A stretch of 64,000 bases of DNA. It comes from Bacteroidota bacterium. GTDB taxonomy: Bacteria; Bacteroidota; Ignavibacteria; SZUA-365. The notes under the pieces were generated by a model. It had not been told where the DNA came from and did not search any database. It was given only the letters and a program-made list of their open reading frames with translations. The stretch covers positions 85,395 through 149,394 of the forward strand of contig QKAF01000009.1 of assembly GCA_003246455.1 (NCBI GenBank). The letters are read 5' to 3'. Positions 10,153 to 18,422 of this stretch are shown piece after piece (within the stretch, counting starts at the first letter, position 1; each line of letters starts with the position of its first letter). A program made the translations under genes and the position numbers.

Positions 10153-11808
10153 TTATCGAAGCAGCATGATTCGCACTGCCGCGGCGCTGCCCGCCGTCGA
10201 CAGGCGCGCGATATACATGCCGGCACCCAGCCGACCGGGATTCCAGCGCACGCTGTGGCTTCCCGCCGCGAAGCGCGTGTCGCGTACGACATCGACCCGC
10301 TGGCCGACGCTGTTAAATATCTCGAGACGTGCCGGGCAGTCGCGCGGGAAGCGCAGTTCGAACAGCGCGCTCTCCCGGACGGGGTTCTGCAGCGCGATCA
10401 GTTCCGGTTTTTCGGGACGCACCTCCACAGGCGACACCGAGACTGTGCTGTAATCGAAGGGCTCGTTGACGAGGTGGTACTGGTCCTCGCTCTGGCCGTC
10501 GTAGTCGCGACGGAGATACGGGCTGAGCAGCGGCGTTCTTTCCTGTTCCGAGAGGAGAATCGGCGTCGGCTCCCCCGCGTTCCAGTCGTACAGGGGAATC
10601 TCATCCGGGATGATGGTCGGACAGAGACCGCGTTCCAGCGCGATGTGGAAGAGTCCGAAGTTGCCGGGTTCGTGTCCCGCGAGCCATGCCCCCACCATAT
10701 CGACGAGAAAAGCGTTCTTGCCGAAGACGAGCACATTGCTCATGAAATCCTGCGGGGTGCCGCCGGGACCCGGGCCGGCGTTGAAACCGTCGCCGTTGTG
10801 GCCGTAAATCCCTTCGATCACATTCAGGCCGACGCTGGTGACGCTGTGCGAATCGCAGGTGCGCTGCGCCCAGGTTTCCATCCAGTACCCGCCCGAGCTG
10901 CGGCCCGGCCGATCCCAGCGCGGTATCCCCTTCGCGAGGTGCTCCGCGTACAGCGCGTCGATGCGCTGCTCGCGATCGGGCTGAAAGTCGACCAGCACGG
11001 AAGGCGGACGCAGGGCCGTCGAATCGAGCCCTTCACAGAAACTGACGTAGGGACTCACCGCCATTCCCTGGAGGTTTTTCACCGTCAGCGTCATCCCCAT
11101 GCCGTGGGTTTTGAATTTCGCGATGTTGAGGAGGAAGGTATCCGCGTCGTTGTAGGGAGCGACATAGCCGATGCGTTTGAAAATGACGCCGTCAGGGACA
11201 TCGCGCCAGATCACCTCCGTGCCCGGCTGCAGCGTTTCGAGCGTCATATCCTTCAGCATCCTGCCGGTGGGGAAATCGAACACGTGACAGCCATGACGCT
11301 GCACGAGCTGTTCGAGCATCGGCCCGGTGACCGCGTACTCGCTCGGGCAGTAGCCGTCCCCCAGCCAGTTCCCCTCGCGCAGGAACATGTTGTGTCCCGG
11401 GAAGCCGCCGTCCCGCAGACCCTGCAGCACGCCGTCCACGAACGGGATGTCGGTCATGATGCCCATGCCGGCCGGCGTATTCCCCGTACCGGAGGTACAG
11501 GTGAGATTCGGCTTGACCGCGACCGCATTGGCGAACGGGATGTCGCCGCCGGTCGCCGCGATGAACAGTTCCCCGGCGAGCGCGGAACCGGCCGAGAATT
11601 TCGCGGCGGTATCGAGCTTGTCGGGCACGTTGGTCCGGCGGATGAACACCGCATCGGGATGCGCGGTGATGAACGGATGGAGCTGAAGCGAATCAGCGGC
11701 CGGGAGTGCATTGCCGCGCATGCGCAGCGGTGAAGCCCCCAGCCTGTTCGCGACCGACAGGCCAGCGCCCGCCGCGATTGCGGTTTCGAGAAATTGCCTC
11801 CGTTTCAT
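10153..11808 (-). CDS. DUF362 domain protein with Tat signal and T9SS-like C-terminal domain
   Basis: GGAGG SD; MKRRQFLE twin-arginine motif; DUF362 motifs VKPNL, LNIAKFKTH, TLTVKNLQG, IEGIYG; C-terminal QNPV...IFNSVGQRV...GAGMYIARL. Confidence 0.75.
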   Translation of the reverse strand: MKRRQFLETAIAAGAGLSVANRLGASPLRMRGNALPAADSLQLHPFITAHPDAVFIRRTNVPDKLDTAAKFSAGSALAGELFIAATGGDIPFANAVAVKPNLTCTSGTGNTPAGMGIMTDIPFVDGVLQGLRDGGFPGHNMFLREGNWLGDGYCPSEYAVTGPMLEQLVQRHGCHVFDFPTGRMLKDMTLETLQPGTEVIWRDVPDGVIFKRIGYVAPYNDADTFLLNIAKFKTHGMGMTLTVKNLQGMAVSPYVSFCEGLDSTALRPPSVLVDFQPDREQRIDALYAEHLAKGIPRWDRPGRSSGGYWMETWAQRTCDSHSVTSVGLNVIEGIYGHNGDGFNAGPGPGGTPQDFMSNVLVFGKNAFLVDMVGAWLAGHEPGNFGLFHIALERGLCPTIIPDEIPLYDWNAGEPTPILLSEQERTPLLSPYLRRDYDGQSEDQYHLVNEPFDYSTVSVSPVEVRPEKPELIALQNPVRESALFELRFPRDCPARLEIFNSVGQRVDVVRDTRFAAGSHSVRWNPGRLGAGMYIARLSTAGSAAAVRIMLLR

Positions 11809-11928
11809 CGTCCTGCCTCCGTATGATTGCTGTGTCGCAGTTCCCGATCTTATTCGCTCAATCTCGCAATGGCGCGAACCAAATGCAAAGTTCTTTGACA
11901 CCTCAGCGCGCGCATCGTTCCCTCAAAT

Positions 11929-11961
11929 AAAAAAACACCGGAGAATGCATCTCCGGTGTTT
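11929..11961 (-). terminator. Intrinsic terminator of the 12018-12719 gene
   Basis: AAACACCGGAGA-ATGCA-TCTCCGGTGTTT stem followed by a T-run on the minus strand. Confidence 0.65.
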
Positions 11962-12017
11962 CACTGCTTCCTGACCGGGCCGGCGAAACCGGCCGCGGGA
12001 ATTCACTGCGGCGCGAC

Positions 12018-12719
12018 TTACATTTTCATCGCGACGCCCACCTCGGCCTGCAGGCCGGTGAACACTTTTTGTCCGGTGTACAGGGGATCCTTGAATTCGA
12101 GGAACTGGTATTTCGCGCCAACGCTGATGCCGAACGTCTCCGCGAACATGAAATCCAGGCCCGCTCCGAGATAATACCCGAAACGCACGTAGGTGTCGGA
12201 GGCGCTGACGTTCTGATCGGACGCCTGGTTGATGTCGTACCCGGTGATGCCGAAATACGCGCCGAGACCGGCCATGGCGTAGGGCTGGAGCGGATTGTCC
12301 GGCAGCGGAGCGACCGAGACGCCGATCGTCACGGGTATGATGACCGCGTATGCGCTGTTTTTCTGGATCACATCGAGCACGTCATTCGCGGAGAACTCAT
12401 AGCTGGTGTACCAGCCGCCGACCGAAAGATCCATGTACAGCGGGTGCGAGGCCTGGTTGCGGAAATGGAAATCGATCCCGAGCGCCTGGGACTGGTCGAT
12501 TTTTCCCTGCGTCTCATCGAAAAACTTGTTTTCGAAATCGAAGCCTTTCTCCTTGTCCTTCGGGAACCACGCGCCGACCCGGATCGAGTAGTAATTCTGC
12601 TTCTCGGGCATTTCCTGTTTGATGATGACCTTCGTCTCCCCGGCTTTCTCTTTCTCCTGTGCGACGGCGTACCCGCCGGCAAGGACGACAAGCAGAATAA
12701 CTGCCACAGCTCTCTTCAT
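12018..12719 (-). CDS. Outer-membrane beta-barrel protein (OmpW/8-stranded-like)
   Basis: GGAGG SD, signal peptide AVA-Q, amphipathic strands, LQPYAMAGLGAY and FGYYLGAGLDF motifs. Confidence 0.75.
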   Translation of the reverse strand: MKRAVAVILLVVLAGGYAVAQEKEKAGETKVIIKQEMPEKQNYYSIRVGAWFPKDKEKGFDFENKFFDETQGKIDQSQALGIDFHFRNQASHPLYMDLSVGGWYTSYEFSANDVLDVIQKNSAYAVIIPVTIGVSVAPLPDNPLQPYAMAGLGAYFGITGYDINQASDQNVSASDTYVRFGYYLGAGLDFMFAETFGISVGAKYQFLEFKDPLYTGQKVFTGLQAEVGVAMKM

Positions 12720-12903
12720 TTCTCCTCCAGATTCGTATATGACGGAATATGCAATGATACGTCATTTCCCCGAAAAAATCGAATGTATTGCGCGGCATCC
12801 GCGCCTTATGCCGCTTCGGTCCGGCGCAGCTCGGACTGATCCCCCTTTCCCCGTTCGGGAATTTTTCGTAACTACACGCACACCGTCAGAGAAAGGCTCC
12901 CGC

Positions 12904-13764
12904 ATGGCATCGCTACGCATCGGCACCTGCAGCTGGAAATATCCGTCGTGGAAAGACCTCGTGTATTCCGCGGACAAAGGCATCGATTTTCTCGCCGAAT
13001 ACGCGGCGAAGTACGACACCGTGGAAATCGACCAGTGGTTCTGGTCGCTGCACGGTCCGGAGAAAATCAGTCTTCCGCGCCCTGACACGGTCAGGGAGTA
13101 TGCCGACGCCGTCCCGGAAGATTTCCGCTTCACCGTCAAAGTACCCAACAGCGTAACGCTCACCCATTTCTATCAGCGGTCGAAGAAGGATCCGCTGACG
13201 GAGAACCCGCACTTCCTTTCGAACGCGCTGTTTGCCCGCTTTCTCGAAACCCTGGAGCCGCTGCGCAAACGGCTCGGGCCGCTGATGCTGCAGTTCGAAT
13301 ATCTGAACCGTCAGAAAATGCCCGACCGGTCGCTGTTTCTCGACAGGCTCGCGGCGTTTCTCGACGGCTGCCCGAAAGAACTCCTGATCGGGGTCGAAAC
13401 GCGCAACCCGAATTATCTCAACCGCGCCTATTTCGACGTCCTCGCTGCGCATCATGCGCATCACGTCTATCTGCAGGGATATTACATGCCGCCCGTATGG
13501 GAAACGGCGGCTGCTGAGGGACCGCGAACGGACGGGGTATCGGTGATACGCCTGCACGGCCCTGACCGGAAAGGCATGGAGGAACGAAGCGGTGAACTCT
13601 GGGATCGCATCATCGAGCCGCGGGATGACGAACTGCGCGCCATCACGGCACTCGTTCAGGCGATGCTCTCACGCGGGGTGGATGTGTTTCTCAACGTGAA
13701 CAACCACTACGAGGGATCAGCGCCGCTCACCATCGAGCGTATCAGGCAGATGCTGCGGGAATAG
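12904..13764 (+). CDS. DUF72 (YecE-like) domain protein
   Basis: RIGTCSWKYPSW, TVEIDQWFW, FRFTVKVP, GPLMLQF, IRLHG, VNNHYEGSAP. Confidence 0.85.
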   Translation: MASLRIGTCSWKYPSWKDLVYSADKGIDFLAEYAAKYDTVEIDQWFWSLHGPEKISLPRPDTVREYADAVPEDFRFTVKVPNSVTLTHFYQRSKKDPLTENPHFLSNALFARFLETLEPLRKRLGPLMLQFEYLNRQKMPDRSLFLDRLAAFLDGCPKELLIGVETRNPNYLNRAYFDVLAAHHAHHVYLQGYYMPPVWETAAAEGPRTDGVSVIRLHGPDRKGMEERSGELWDRIIEPRDDELRAITALVQAMLSRGVDVFLNVNNHYEGSAPLTIERIRQMLRE

Positions 13765-13872
13765 ACGGCCGAGCATGTCGTCGGCCTGGGACGATGCCCT
13801 GCAGATGCCGAGCGCGAGCACAATCAGGAGCAGGCAACCGAAAACGAAGAGTATGGATATGATGATAACCAT
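13717..13872 (-). CDS. Small single-pass membrane protein (51 aa)
   Basis: AGGAGG SD 6 nt upstream of ATG 13872; MVIIISILFVFGCLLLIVLALGICRASSQADD...; 3' end overlaps the DUF72 gene. Confidence 0.5.
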   Translation of the reverse strand: MVIIISILFVFGCLLLIVLALGICRASSQADDMLGRLFPQHLPDTLDGERR

Positions 13873-14297
13873 GACCGCCCTCCTGTATGTAGTCAGATAT
13901 GCGGCATAATGCACAATTCCGGCGAAGAGGTCCAGCCAAATGTTCTTCCGGTCAATATTTTTCGGATTTTTTTTTCGCGAAACCATAAAAAAACGGGATC
14001 TCCATGGACGCATATGGCGATCCCGAACACTCCCCCATCAACCCCGTGACAAGTTCCCGAACTCAGCCTGAAAATGAGTAAGCGTGCCAGGTGTCTGTAG
14101 TGACATGCTGACGGTTTGTAGGTGGGATACACCAGACACGCCGCCTCAGATCCTATTCATCATTCATGTGAGCTTGCATACGGTAATACACCCGCGTGCA
14201 GCCATCTGCAGAAACCTGAAGGCGCATTTCCGTATTTTTTTTCCAATCCAAATACTCTATGTTGCAGGAGATTCCAATCCAGGTAAATTGCGGGCCA

Positions 14298-15344
14298 ATG
14301 AGCCACGAAGAACTACAACAAACCTTCGATTCTCTGCTCCATTCTTCGATCTCGACGGTGCAGCTCAATCGGCTGATCCACCGATCGATACGTGTCGCAG
14401 CCGGTATTCTTCGCTCGCGGTTCCGCCGCTACCTGGTCATCCTCAATGACGCGGGGTACACCGCGGAAAGCGCCGCTTCGCGCTGCGTCGAGAACCTGTT
14501 CCTTCCGAACGAGGACATCCCCTGCGCGAGGCTGACCGATTATCTCCGTTCAGAAAATGTGCTCCGGGGATCCACGCTGAACGGCGACTGTGAACGGGTT
14601 CTGCAGCGCTGCATTTATTTCAGCGTCCAGCAGAACATACCCGAACTGCTCGGGGAATTCGACCCGCAGTATCGGAAGATTCTCCGCATGGTCCTCGAGT
14701 CCATCGCGAAGAATCCCGTCTACCGGCGTCATAAGGGATTTTTTGATGAAATGGTGTCGCGTGCCAGCGACGAAGACATCCGACTGCATCTCCCCGCACT
14801 CACCGCGGACGAGATCATGGCGCGCCTCTCCCGCCGCGCTTCCCCCGACGACGCGACACATGCGCTGATCACCCACGTTTTCGATATCCTGGACGAAGAT
14901 CCCGAGGTGCGGAAAATCCTCCCGATCAGTCAGCTGGTGACGATTTTACGCGATTTCTTCCACCTGTACTGGACCTTCGACAGCGGGGAGGACAGGACGG
15001 AAGGGGAAGAAATGTTCGACACGAGCGATGTCGATCGGCTCATTTCGCCTATTGTGGACGAAATCGCCGGCGGGGTCATCCGGTCGTACCTCAATCGCAG
15101 CGTGATCGGAGCGGACGAAGCAGACCGTCTGGTGTCCGCCGTGCGGTCCATGCTGCAGGACCTGGCCTCGGGTACCGCCGCGCCCTGGTTCGAATACCAC
15201 GAACAGGAATTTCCGGATATTACATATGAAGAATATCGTGAATCCCTGCGCGGACGCTTCGAATACGTGCTCGGCAGCGCGAAAGAGCTTTTTATTCAGC
15301 GATGTCAGAAATATTTCCGCACAGATTTTTCTGCAACTCGATAA
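14298..15344 (+). CDS. Hypothetical all-alpha protein, candidate divergent sigma-70-like factor
   Basis: About 350-aa helical ORF (alternative start 14259) directly upstream of a zf-HC2 gene; no canonical sigma motif is clear by eye. Confidence 0.5.
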   Translation: MSHEELQQTFDSLLHSSISTVQLNRLIHRSIRVAAGILRSRFRRYLVILNDAGYTAESAASRCVENLFLPNEDIPCARLTDYLRSENVLRGSTLNGDCERVLQRCIYFSVQQNIPELLGEFDPQYRKILRMVLESIAKNPVYRRHKGFFDEMVSRASDEDIRLHLPALTADEIMARLSRRASPDDATHALITHVFDILDEDPEVRKILPISQLVTILRDFFHLYWTFDSGEDRTEGEEMFDTSDVDRLISPIVDEIAGGVIRSYLNRSVIGADEADRLVSAVRSMLQDLASGTAAPWFEYHEQEFPDITYEEYRESLRGRFEYVLGSAKELFIQRCQKYFRTDFSATR

Positions 15345-15359
15345 CGGCGCAGGTACTCT

Positions 15360-16223
15360 TTGTTTGAGAAACGAATCGTGATAACGAACCATCCAAATAT
15401 CGAAACCCTTGAGCTTTACGCGCTTCGCCGCAGCGGGCTCCCGACCGAGCAGGCTCTCGTAATCATGGAACACCTGAAAAGATGTTCCTACTGCAGTGAT
15501 ATTATCGAGGAGATTGACGATCTGATGCGGGAAACGGCGCAGGTCGACAACGCCCTGATTGCACGCGAGACCGCGCGGATCATGCGTCTGGCGACGACAG
15601 GCACGCCGGCAGCCCGGAATGAAACGGTGCTGTACCTGATGCCGTCCGCGGAAGCCAGCCCCGCCGACCAGGGCTTCGCCCTGGCCGCGAAAAGCGAAGA
15701 GGCGCAGATCGACTTCCGGCCCATCGCAACCCTGTACAGCGATGACGGACATACACTCCTTCGCATCCTGCACGAGCGTGACCAGGAAACCTATTTCTTC
15801 CAGCTGATGTCGGAGCACACCGATCACATTCCGTACGCCCTGCTCCTCGCCCCGGGGAAAGAGCCGATGATGACCGATCCCGAAGGGGCGTTCCGCATCG
15901 ACGACTCCGAACTCGACATCGTGCAGATCGTCAGCATGTCCGTCTTCTACGCGCTTGACCGCATGAAGGCCGGACGCATTGAAAATTACGAACTCGTCTC
16001 GCACGAAGGTGTGCTTCTCGCATCCGAGGACAGCACGATACACTTTCGCGCCGCGGAGCACGGCATCGACGCCGTGGTGCGCTGGCACGGGGCCGGTACC
16101 ACACCGCCGCGGTATATCGCCGTCGTCGCTCGCGGCATGCACGCGATCGGCGCCGTTGAAAACGATCAGGCTCATCTCGCGATGTCGTCATTCCCCGATG
16201 ACAGCATCGTTCTGCTCTACTGA
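15360..16223 (+). CDS. Zinc-finger (zf-HC2/ZAS) anti-sigma-like protein, soluble
   Basis: HPNIETLELYAL...MEHLKRCSYC matches HxxxCxxC ZAS motif; no TM helix; start TTG 15360 or GTG 15378. Confidence 0.6.
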   Translation: MFEKRIVITNHPNIETLELYALRRSGLPTEQALVIMEHLKRCSYCSDIIEEIDDLMRETAQVDNALIARETARIMRLATTGTPAARNETVLYLMPSAEASPADQGFALAAKSEEAQIDFRPIATLYSDDGHTLLRILHERDQETYFFQLMSEHTDHIPYALLLAPGKEPMMTDPEGAFRIDDSELDIVQIVSMSVFYALDRMKAGRIENYELVSHEGVLLASEDSTIHFRAAEHGIDAVVRWHGAGTTPPRYIAVVARGMHAIGAVENDQAHLAMSSFPDDSIVLLY

Positions 16224-16243
16224 TTGATACAGGACAATTACCG

Positions 16244-16282
16244 AATACGCAGACAGGCCCCGACGGGGCCTGTCTGCGTATT
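16244..16282. terminator. Long hairpin between convergent genes
   Basis: AATACGCAGACAGGCCCC-GAC-GGGGCCTGTCTGCGTATT, perfect 18-bp stem. Confidence 0.65.
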
Positions 16283-16319
16283 GATCCGAAAATGCGGAAC
16301 CGAGGATCCGGGCGGGCGG

Positions 16320-18326
16320 TCACTGCACCGGTGTCTCCACGAGGATGGTGACAGTGCGGCAGTAGAAACGTCCTTCCGGAAGGTCATTCGTATACATGTC
16401 CGTCTCGCCGCGTCCGCTCGCGTTCTCCAGGGGAATCTTCAGAGCGCGCGCGGCGGATTTCGCACGTCCGTCAGACAGCGGCTGATTGACGCGCAGTTCG
16501 CCGATGCGGTCGGTGTACCCCGTAATCGTCACCGTCGACGTCGGACTGATGCGCGGCGAGATCATGTTGACGATGCGCATGTTCCGCGTTCCGAGTTCCT
16601 CGGAATTGAAATCAAAGAGAATCAGGTTGTAACGGTCGATCTCCTTGTCTCCGAGCCGCTCCCGGCGCTTCCGCTGGACGGTCAGCTGCTCGACGGGGAG
16701 CCTTCCCTCCTCCGTCGTGAAGGACTGCGCCGCGGCATCGGTCAGGGAGAGCGCGTAACGCAGGTCCGTCGTCGTCCGCGGTATGCTCGCCCGATCCTGC
16801 TGCACCTGCCAGTCAAGTGTCGCCGGTACGGTCTGTTTTCCGTCGAATGCCTTGAGCATGCGGTCGTCCTGGCGGACGGCGAGCGACCACTGGCTTATGC
16901 CCGCGTCGCTGACAACCGCCGGACGGAAGCGAACCCGAGGGGGATTGACGGTTCGGAGCGTATCGTCGATGACGATGGGATCGATGATTTCGGGCATGCT
17001 CGGGTAGATCTCCACGCGCCGGTTTTCCTGGATTCCGTCGATTTCCCCGATGTTCGACGGCTTCTCGGGGAGATTCCTGGCTTCGATCCGCATACGGTTC
17101 GCAGCGATACCCCAGGTACCCGCGAGATAATCACGCACGGACACGGCGCGGCTGCGGGAAAGCGCGGTATCCGCCTGTTCGGCTCCCTCGTCGCTGTTGG
17201 TGCCCACGAGGCGAAGCGTGGCCTCGGGATGCTCACGCATGCGACTGCCGATAATGTTCAGGACGTGATGGTAGGTCGCGAGATTGTCCAGCGGTTTGAG
17301 CGTCGTGTTCGAAAAATCCCCGGTCTCGGCGGAGGTCAGACGCGGGTATCGGTCGGGGAGCGCTGCCTGGTCTTCTTCGAAGAACACGTAGTTGAGCAGG
17401 GGACGCATTTCCGAGGAGATAAACTCCTCGACGCGAATGGTTGCAATCGGACGCTCGACCCCGTCTTCCGTAATCCCGAAAGCTTTCACCTCCGCTGCCA
17501 GTTTCGGCGGCGCGGGCGGCGGGGGCGGAGGCGGAGGCGGGGGTGGCGGGGGCGGGGGCGCAGGCTTCTCTTCCGACGGCCGATAGAGCAGACTGACACC
17601 GAGACGCAGCGTATTGACCTGCCAGTCCAGGTTCGAGACGACCGGGGTGAGGCCGTACGCGAACAGGGCTTCCGGGGCCGCGGTGAGCGTGCCCCTGTCG
17701 TCGAGCGGAAGCTCGTAGCGCAATCCGCCGACGAGGGACGCGGTGAAACTGGACGCGTCAGGGATGTTTCCCGCCGATGCGTTCCTGGTGCGCTGCTGTG
17801 TGTCGACGAACACGCCGCGATCCGGCGGATCGACGATGGTCTCGACCTGTTCGTAGTCCGACGTCACGACGTAGCCCGTCTGCAGACCGCCGAGCAGTGA
17901 CAGCCGGTCGACCAGCCTCCATGCAAGCATCGGTTCGAAGACGATCGCGGCAAGCGCGGCGTCGACCGTATGCTCGAACGTTCCCTCGTAATACGACGGA
18001 GCGACATACAGCATTTCTTTTTCGTCGGCCGTCAGCAGCCCGCTGTAATCGGCATACCCCAGACGCAGAAGCAGAGCGAGTTTCTGCTGCAGCGGGAGCT
18101 CGTACAGCACGCCCAGGGCAAAGCCTGTCCCGTCCCCCTTTTCAAAGCGGGGACAGCAGTTGGGCACGCCTGGCAGCTGCCGGAAATCCGCTGTGTGGTA
18201 GTTGAGGGAGAAATCTCCGAAGATTCCGTAGCGTCCGCGGAGCGCGGCGCCGTCATCGTCGTTCTGTGCAAGCAGGGGCGTTGCCAGAAAAACGGTGAGT
18301 GCGATGCAGAACAGACTGCGTTTCAC
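16320..18326 (-). CDS. OmpA-family protein: N-terminal beta-barrel, poly-Pro linker, OmpA-like domains
   Basis: Signal peptide LLA-Q; barrel strands; (P)15 linker; LSRSRAVSVRDYL...ENRRVEI and GYTDRIG...LSDGRAKSA...PEGRFYCRTV OmpA_C motifs. Confidence 0.8.
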   Translation of the reverse strand: MKRSLFCIALTVFLATPLLAQNDDDGAALRGRYGIFGDFSLNYHTADFRQLPGVPNCCPRFEKGDGTGFALGVLYELPLQQKLALLLRLGYADYSGLLTADEKEMLYVAPSYYEGTFEHTVDAALAAIVFEPMLAWRLVDRLSLLGGLQTGYVVTSDYEQVETIVDPPDRGVFVDTQQRTRNASAGNIPDASSFTASLVGGLRYELPLDDRGTLTAAPEALFAYGLTPVVSNLDWQVNTLRLGVSLLYRPSEEKPAPPPPPPPPPPPPPPPAPPKLAAEVKAFGITEDGVERPIATIRVEEFISSEMRPLLNYVFFEEDQAALPDRYPRLTSAETGDFSNTTLKPLDNLATYHHVLNIIGSRMREHPEATLRLVGTNSDEGAEQADTALSRSRAVSVRDYLAGTWGIAANRMRIEARNLPEKPSNIGEIDGIQENRRVEIYPSMPEIIDPIVIDDTLRTVNPPRVRFRPAVVSDAGISQWSLAVRQDDRMLKAFDGKQTVPATLDWQVQQDRASIPRTTTDLRYALSLTDAAAQSFTTEEGRLPVEQLTVQRKRRERLGDKEIDRYNLILFDFNSEELGTRNMRIVNMISPRISPTSTVTITGYTDRIGELRVNQPLSDGRAKSAARALKIPLENASGRGETDMYTNDLPEGRFYCRTVTILVETPVQ
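17514..17558 (-). repeat. Coding poly-proline tract (15 consecutive Pro codons)
   Basis: Mixed CCG/CCC/CCT/CCA codons read on the minus strand. Confidence 0.85.
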
Positions 18327-18422
18327 GTCATACCTCGTGCAGCGTGGATATTTTCGGACACGTGCGGCATCCGTTTTTACCTGCGTGCCGGTCCCCCCGG
18401 CATGCGATCACTCTGTCAGATC

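Noticed and set aside
13873..14297. Possible ncRNA or island boundary in the AT-richer gap
   Set aside because: No recognisable RNA motif, tRNA, att repeat or integrase; consistent with a divergent promoter region
16244..16282. REP/MITE or transposon end
   Set aside because: Only one copy seen; position between convergent genes fits a terminator
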